Positions 14,663 to 20,000 of a stretch of DNA of 20,000 bases are shown here, piece by piece. A program made the position numbers and the translations under genes. The stretch lies in NCBI GenBank assembly GCA_014361085.1, contig JACIWG010000003.1, forward strand, positions 7,871 to 27,870, given 5' to 3'. The notes beneath the pieces are model-generated. The model had not been told where the DNA came from, made no database searches, and was given only the letters and a program-made list of their open reading frames with translations. The stretch is from Nitrososphaeria archaeon (GTDB taxonomy: Archaea; Thermoproteota; Nitrososphaeria; JACIWG01). Each line of letters starts with the position of its first letter. Position 1 is the first letter of the stretch.

Positions 14663-15781
14663 ATGGGAATTGGTGTATATCAGTTATTTCCTACTGATAA
14701 TTCGTCTATTCAGCAGATTTTGTCGCTTATTTTTTATGCAATTTTTTTCTTTTACTTATTTTTTGGACAACAATTACAGGTTCAGAGAATTTTATTGTCA
14801 ATTTCCGGGGCACTAAACAAGATAAAAGATGCTCATGATAGGTCTAAAAGGGAAATCATTGATTTTCTTCAAAAAAATGGTTATAATGGTGATGCGGTTT
14901 CACATGTTAATACTTTGATAGAATATTTTACTATTTCTCCCGTCGACCTTGATCCTACAGGCTTGGTTAAAAAGATAGAACATATTTTAAGTGTAAGGGA
15001 TGAGAGAATCCGCAGTGAAGTTCGAAGTATGCTGCCTGAAAAAGATGCATTAACAATCTCGATTCTTGAGAATTTATTAGAAATTTCAGCGGCATTAAAT
15101 GTATATTATAAGGTTGTAAGACATTATTATCTTATTGGCAAAAAGACTTCTAATCTTTATCTTCTGATGCAATTACAAATGGTTTTACCAGATTTATTGA
15201 GAGAGGTTGAAGCTTTAGTGTCTGCTATTGAACCGATAAAAAATGCACAACCGATAGGTGATGGCATAGGACCAATGGTAGCTGGTAGACTACTATTAAA
15301 TAATGAAAAAAAGCAGATAGCAAGGGACACCATATTCGGTGAAGTGAATTATAAAAACCGAATTCTTTATGTTATAAAAGCTGAAGGGCCAGCGGGAAAT
15401 GTTGGACAGCCGGGTAATGCAATAGAATATTTAATTAACAATTACGGCTTAAAACCAGCTGCTATTATTATGATAGACGCGGCACTTAAGTTAGAAGGGG
15501 AGGCTACTGGGGAAGTGGCTGAAGGGGCAGGTGCTGCAATAGGCGGCATTGGTGTTGATAAGTATAAAATTGAGGAAATAGCTTCAAGAAATAATATTCC
15601 ATTGTATGCAATAATTATTAAGGAATCAATTGTTGAGGCAATCACTTGCATGACTAAGGAGATAGTGGAAGCTATTCCAAAAGTGCTTAATAGGATAGAT
15701 TATCTTCTTGAAAATAGGACACGTGAAGGGGATAGCGTGATTGTTGTGGGCGTTGGAAATTCGATAGGGGTGGGACAATAG
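14663..15781 (+). CDS. Conserved archaeal protein of unknown function, DUF1512-like
   Basis: 372 aa. N-terminal hydrophobic segment (ILSLIFYAIFFFYLFFG), helical middle region, and a Gly/Ala-rich C-terminal domain (...GDGIGPMVAG..., ...AEGAGAAIGGIGVDKYKIEE...). Size and architecture match my memory of the ~370-aa archaeal DUF1512 family. GGGGGA (14647-52) lies 10 nt upstream of the ATG. Confidence 0.8.
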   Translation: MGIGVYQLFPTDNSSIQQILSLIFYAIFFFYLFFGQQLQVQRILLSISGALNKIKDAHDRSKREIIDFLQKNGYNGDAVSHVNTLIEYFTISPVDLDPTGLVKKIEHILSVRDERIRSEVRSMLPEKDALTISILENLLEISAALNVYYKVVRHYYLIGKKTSNLYLLMQLQMVLPDLLREVEALVSAIEPIKNAQPIGDGIGPMVAGRLLLNNEKKQIARDTIFGEVNYKNRILYVIKAEGPAGNVGQPGNAIEYLINNYGLKPAAIIMIDAALKLEGEATGEVAEGAGAAIGGIGVDKYKIEEIASRNNIPLYAIIIKESIVEAITCMTKEIVEAIPKVLNRIDYLLENRTREGDSVIVVGVGNSIGVGQ

Positions 15782-15973
15782 TTGGCTAATAGATTATTTA
15801 AGGGACAAAAACAGTTTAAGGTAGTTACTATAGAAGAATGTTTATCATGCAAACTGAAAATGAAGAGACCATTTAAAATAAATGATTATGTGTATAAAGA
15901 GGGTGAAGTATGTCAAAAATGCGGGACTAAAATGATTATATCAGCAATATATAAGGAGGAATTAAAGTATTAA
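15782..15973 (+). CDS. Small C4 zinc-ribbon protein
   Basis: 63 aa with two CxxC pairs (CLSC ... CQKC). The TTG start directly abuts the upstream TAG stop. SD-like GGGGTGGG (15767-74) lies 7 nt upstream. Confidence 0.6.
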   Translation: MANRLFKGQKQFKVVTIEECLSCKLKMKRPFKINDYVYKEGEVCQKCGTKMIISAIYKEELKY

Positions 15974-15982
15974 ATTTTATAA

Positions 15983-16882
15983 TCATAAAGTTGTAATTAT
16001 TTTATTTTTTTCTAGTACTAGAACTGTATGCTCAAATTGTGTAACTACATGATTACTTGCTTCCCTTAACACAGAATATTTTCTCACAACCTTATTTTTA
16101 ATAAGGGAATCAAGTACTCTAAGCAATTCTTGTTCACTAAATATATCAGTAAACCATCTAGCTGCGAATGGCAATGTTTTCCTTCTCTTCCAAATTTCTT
16201 CTAATAAAAGATTAGCCTTTTCACACTTAATTTTTTTTCTTTTAATTAGGCTAAAGATATTAGCACGTGTGTCCTCTTTAACAAAAGCTGCAGCATTTTT
16301 GTCTGTAAGAAAAGGCTCTATTGCATAACATTTGCCTGCGGTAAAATATCCAAGCGAACCATTTATTGGAACATTCGGAACAGATTGACCAGCGTGTATC
16401 TGGTAACAGTCTAATGAATGTCCTGAGAGATTACTTATTGGTTTATAGCCTCTACTTAATGATGTATAATAAACTGTTATTCCTATTTCATTTAAACTTT
16501 TTCCAACTGTAATCTTTTGTAAGACTTCATTTAATACCTCCAAATTGGCATGTAACATATCAGAGAATTTTTCGTTGAAGGATATTGTTACCGCAGTGTC
16601 TGCAATATATCCGTTTACATGAACACCTATATCTAATTTTATAACATCACCATCTCTAATTATCCTTTCGTCATTTATTTCTGCTGTATCATGTGCTGCA
16701 ATTTCATTTACACAAATGTTAACGGGAAAAGCGGGGTCGCCACCTAATTCTTTTATCCTATGTTCGATTGTTTTACATATATTTTCAAAACTCATGCTAG
16801 GATTTATTTTAGCGGCAGCTTCTTTTAGAACAATTGATGCAATTTTTCCAGCTTTGATATAAGATTCGATGACCTGATCCAA
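15983..16882 (-). CDS. map: Methionine aminopeptidase, type 2 (archaeal)
   Basis: 299 aa. Pita-bread-fold metal-site contexts DVIKLDIGVHVNGYIADTA, LSGHSL and FEHTVLV are present, along with the helical insertion typical of type-2 MetAP. TTG start. Confidence 0.93.
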   Translation of the reverse strand: MDQVIESYIKAGKIASIVLKEAAAKINPSMSFENICKTIEHRIKELGGDPAFPVNICVNEIAAHDTAEINDERIIRDGDVIKLDIGVHVNGYIADTAVTISFNEKFSDMLHANLEVLNEVLQKITVGKSLNEIGITVYYTSLSRGYKPISNLSGHSLDCYQIHAGQSVPNVPINGSLGYFTAGKCYAIEPFLTDKNAAAFVKEDTRANIFSLIKRKKIKCEKANLLLEEIWKRRKTLPFAARWFTDIFSEQELLRVLDSLIKNKVVRKYSVLREASNHVVTQFEHTVLVLEKNKIITTL

Positions 16883-16968
16883 TTTCCTATCACTTAAGAT
16901 AATTAATTTCTCTTTAAAAATAATTAGTGGTAATCCTTATATAAATTATATAATACTAAAACTGGAGA

Positions 16969-17481
16969 ATGAATAGGAAAAATATTTTTAAGCAAGTTGT
17001 AGTGGGGGGAACATTTGATTTTATACATTTGGGACATTTAAATTTGTTAAACATGGCATTTTCGATAGGCAGGAGAGTTATTATAGGAGTTTCTTCCGAT
17101 TATTTGGTTAAAGAAATGGGAAAGGTCGTCGAACATAATTTTAGTGAGAGAAAAAGAAATCTAAACTTAATTATAAAAAAGATTAAAAGATATAAATCAA
17201 GATACTTTAAGATTATTCAATTAAATGATAGATTTGGACCAGCCCTTGATCCACAAACAGACGCTATTGTAGTGAGCGAGGAAACAGAAATGGTGGCAGA
17301 AGAATGTAATAAGATCAGGTTAGCTATTGGGTTAAAAGCCTTATCAAAGGTTGTGGTACCTATTATATATTCTGAGGATGGAGAAAGAATTTCTTCAACA
17401 AGAATTAGAAATAAGGAAATCGATTCTAGAGGAAAACTTTACGTTGAGGGTCAAAAAGATACTTTTCGACAACATTTTTAG
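16969..17481 (+). CDS. coaD: Archaeal phosphopantetheine adenylyltransferase (cytidylyltransferase fold)
   Basis: 170 aa with GGTFDFIHLGH (HxGH) and ISSTRIR motifs, a size and pattern typical of archaeal PPAT. TATA-like TTATATAA lies about 30 nt upstream. Confidence 0.8.
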   Translation: MNRKNIFKQVVVGGTFDFIHLGHLNLLNMAFSIGRRVIIGVSSDYLVKEMGKVVEHNFSERKRNLNLIIKKIKRYKSRYFKIIQLNDRFGPALDPQTDAIVVSEETEMVAEECNKIRLAIGLKALSKVVVPIIYSEDGERISSTRIRNKEIDSRGKLYVEGQKDTFRQHF

Positions 17482-18559
17482 CTTTTTCCCGTTTAGATTG
17501 AAAATCTGTTAGGAAAGCAACGATCTTTGTAGCTAAGCCATTTTTATGCTCACCACATAGTAATTTTCCACTTAAACAGTCTTGTCTTATCTCCTCTAAC
17601 TTTTTATCATCCTTCTCAAAAAAGTATTGTTCATAAAAGTATACAGGACATATGTAGGGATTACCTCCTCTTTTCCTCTGTTCTTCCACTGTTGGTTGTC
17701 CTCCTGTAAAAGCATTTTTTACCTTCCGCCGAACATCTTCAGGTGAATCTGTTGTATAAATTGCTGTTTCTGGTAAGGAAGAAGACATTTTGCCTTCTTT
17801 GCCTAATGCAGGTAAAAATTTTGAATGAATTTGAGCAGGCTTGTAGTATCCCAATTTTTCTGCAACATCCCTTGTCATACGCCAAAAATTGTCCTGGTCT
17901 ATTGCAGCTGGTATAAGACAAGGTACACGCTTTCCAAGCATTTCAGAATAAAGAAAACAGGGAGCAGCTTGAATAGATGGAAAGAATATCATACCAATAT
18001 TTGTTGAATCTGTGAATCCAAAAACAGCTTTAATAGTTGAGAGAGTAATGGATTTTGCAATTTTTATAGCAATCCTATAAAGTTCTTTAATTCCTTTTGT
18101 ATCAATTAATATTTGCGTTTTTTCATGATCAAAGCCTACAGCAACTATGTCAAGTAAATTATCATAAGTCATGGATTCAACATTCAAGAGAGACAGTTCA
18201 TCTCTGTAAAGGAACTTCTCATCATCTGTAACTTGAAAAAGTAGAGGAACACTAAACTTATCTTGTAAATATTTTGTGAAGAACCATGGTAGAAGGTGGC
18301 CTATATGAACTTTACCAGAGGGACCTCTACCCGTGTAGAGATAAAATTTTTCACCCTCTTCATATTTTTTGAAAATCCAGTCTAAATCGCGATGACAAAA
18401 AAAGAAGTTTCTTCTTACAAAGAAATTTATTTCACCAGTAAACTTTCTAAAATATTCTAAAATATTATCATCAATGTATTTGGTTCCAAATTGACGCACT
18501 AGTTTATCATAGTCCACTTCCCCTTCAACAGACCAGGGAGTAACATTATACGATTTCAT
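17426..18559 (-). CDS. trpS: Tryptophanyl-tRNA synthetase (archaeal/eukaryal type)
   Basis: Class I motifs TGRGPSGKVHIGHL and KMSSS. I place the start at ATG 18559 (MKSYNVTPWSVEGEVDYDKLVRQFGT..., typical archaeal TrpRS N-terminus) rather than at the ORF-track extension to 18649. Confidence 0.93.
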   Translation of the reverse strand: MKSYNVTPWSVEGEVDYDKLVRQFGTKYIDDNILEYFRKFTGEINFFVRRNFFFCHRDLDWIFKKYEEGEKFYLYTGRGPSGKVHIGHLLPWFFTKYLQDKFSVPLLFQVTDDEKFLYRDELSLLNVESMTYDNLLDIVAVGFDHEKTQILIDTKGIKELYRIAIKIAKSITLSTIKAVFGFTDSTNIGMIFFPSIQAAPCFLYSEMLGKRVPCLIPAAIDQDNFWRMTRDVAEKLGYYKPAQIHSKFLPALGKEGKMSSSLPETAIYTTDSPEDVRRKVKNAFTGGQPTVEEQRKRGGNPYICPVYFYEQYFFEKDDKKLEEIRQDCLSGKLLCGEHKNGLATKIVAFLTDFQSKREKAKNVVEKYLFDPQRKVFL

Positions 18560-18639
18560 ACTATTTTCGTGCATTTCAAAAGAGGTGTGACTAAAAAGAT
18601 TTAAAAACGTTATGAAAAAATCCATAGTAAGTAATAGGT

Positions 18640-20000
18640 ATGAGTGCAATTTTACATCCCATTGAAGTAGAAATTATAAAAGTATTAAAGGGAGAGGACT
18701 ATATAACATTAAATGAAATCGCTGAACAAACAAAGCTTTCAATAGATCAGGTAAGACGGGGGATAGAATGGTTAAAGGAAAAGAAGTTAGTTGATGTTAA
18801 AGAAGAGGTCAGTAGTTTTATTGAATTAGACACTTTAGGGGAAAAGGGTGTGATAGAGGGGCTACCAGAACGTAAGATACATAATTTTTTGATCAAAAAG
18901 GGAGGGAAAGAAGAAATTGAAACAGTTAAGATGGAGATAGGTATGAATGAAAAAGAGTTTTCGGCGGCTATGGGCTTTGCAATAAAAAATGGACTTGTTA
19001 AAGTAACTAAAGAAAATGAAAAAATATTGGTAGAGGCATTACCTTATTCTAGATTGCTCGACACTGAAGTTTTACTCAACAAAATTTTTTCTCAAAAACA
19101 AATAGAAACTAACCAATTAAGTTCCTTTGAAAGGAAAATTTTAGATGAATTAGTAAAAAGACCAAATTATGTAAAAATTAAAGAAATAAAACGAATTATA
19201 GTTAAAGCTAAAAAGGAGGCCTTTAAACTTCTTGAGGAATATTATAAAGCAAATTTTGTTGAAAAGTTGACTCCTGAATTAATTATCAGTGGTATGTGGA
19301 GAAATGTCAAGTTAAGACCCTATGATATTGAGGGAACAGTTCCTGCAATATATCCAGGAAAAAAGCATCCAGTACAAGATTTTATAGACCAAGTTAGAGA
19401 AATATTTCTAAACTTTGGATTTGAAGAGATAGAAGGCCAAATAGTTCTATCTTCATTTTGGAACTTTGACGCCCTTTTTATACCTCAAGACCATCCTGCA
19501 AGAGAAATGCAAGATACATTCTATTTAAAAGATATGATTGATAAAAGTGTTAGAAAAAATCCAATTGTTGAAACTATAAGAAAAATACATGAAAATGGAG
19601 GAAATACAGGCTCAAGAGGGTGGGGCTATAAATGGTCCATAACAGAGGCTGAAAAAATGGTATTGAGAACGCATACAACACCGGTAACATTGCAATACCT
19701 ATATGAGAATAAACCTTCATCTGCTAAAGTTTTTTCAATAGACAAAGTTTTTAGAAATGAAAACTTAGATAGTAGACATTTATTTGAATTCCATCAATAT
19801 GAAGGCATAGTCACAGGTAAAAATGTCACTTTAAGACATTTAATAGGAATTTTAAGTTCTTTTTATAAAGAACTTGGATTCAAAAAAGTTAAGTTTTGGC
19901 CAACATATTTTCCTTATACCGAACCATCCATGGAGGCAGTCGCATACGTTGATAAGATTGGGAGGTGGCTAGAATTATGTGGAATGGGAGTATTTAGACC
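18640..20000 (+). CDS. pheS: Phenylalanyl-tRNA synthetase alpha subunit (3' end outside window)
   Basis: The frame is open from ATG 18640 to the window edge, and is absent from the ORF track because it has no stop. Sequence runs MSAILHPIEVEIIKVLKGEDYITLNEIAEQTKLSIDQVRRGIEWLKEKKLV... (N-terminal winged-helix-like region), then class II motifs LRTHTTPVT and FPYTEPSMEAVAYV...GRWLELCGMGVFRP. Confidence 0.92.
   Translation, partial: MSAILHPIEVEIIKVLKGEDYITLNEIAEQTKLSIDQVRRGIEWLKEKKLVDVKEEVSSFIELDTLGEKGVIEGLPERKIHNFLIKKGGKEEIETVKMEIGMNEKEFSAAMGFAIKNGLVKVTKENEKILVEALPYSRLLDTEVLLNKIFSQKQIETNQLSSFERKILDELVKRPNYVKIKEIKRIIVKAKKEAFKLLEEYYKANFVEKLTPELIISGMWRNVKLRPYDIEGTVPAIYPGKKHPVQDFIDQVREIFLNFGFEEIEGQIVLSSFWNFDALFIPQDHPAREMQDTFYLKDMIDKSVRKNPIVETIRKIHENGGNTGSRGWGYKWSITEAEKMVLRTHTTPVTLQYLYENKPSSAKVFSIDKVFRNENLDSRHLFEFHQYEGIVTGKNVTLRHLIGILSSFYKELGFKKVKFWPTYFPYTEPSMEAVAYVDKIGRWLELCGMGVFR

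Noticed and set aside
18560-18649. 30-codon N-terminal extension of the trpS ORF (MHSYLLLTMDFFITFLNLFSHTSFEMHENS).
   Set aside because: The TrpRS family N-terminus begins at MKSYNVTPW. The extension would also run across the pheS start and the shared promoter region.
1-20000. Mobile element, defence island, CRISPR-Cas, restriction-modification or toxin-antitoxin content; inteins in the large synthetases.
   Set aside because: I saw no integrase, transposase, cas, methylase or nuclease-like ORFs, no terminal or direct att-like repeats at the tRNA genes, and no repeat-spacer arrays. The AlaRS, LeuRS, TrpRS and MetAP lengths are normal, so no inteins.

Overview
This is an AT-rich archaeal chromosome segment made up mostly of tightly packed core translation and information-processing genes, several with 0-4 nt spacers or overlaps. 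From left to right the window holds:
- the tail of a probable prefoldin-alpha gene, then ftsY
- an ornithine-carbamoyltransferase-type gene and the archaeal D-aminoacyl-tRNA deacylase
- the conserved secE-nusG(spt5)-rpl11-rpl1-P0 cluster, followed by an inverted stalk protein P1/L12 gene
- overlapping alaS-leuS and a macro-domain protein
- a ~2.4 kb RNA-gene island: tRNA-Ala(GGC), tRNA-Gly(GCC), a decayed ABC-ATPase pseudogene, tRNA-Phe(GAA), an orphan membrane-anchored ORF, an unannotated K-turn-like hairpin fused to tRNA-Ala(CGC), an intron-containing tRNA-Trp(CCA) and a stand-alone 5S rRNA
- a DUF1512-like protein with a zinc-ribbon mini-protein, methionine aminopeptidase, archaeal PPAT, trpS and the 5' part of pheS

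Structural RNA genes are visibly GC-rich against the AT-rich background. I found no integrase, transposase, cas, restriction-modification or toxin genes and no CRISPR array, and I cannot support a novel multi-gene system here.

The items worth a second look are mostly RNA-level or architectural:
- the structured leader element on tRNA-Ala(CGC)
- the guide-like tRNA-Trp intron
- the inverted P1 gene abutting a tail-less P0
- co-localisation of three synthetases with their cognate tRNA genes
- the uncharacterised DUF1512-like/zinc-ribbon pair

All family assignments come from motifs read by eye and from memory; no searches were run.
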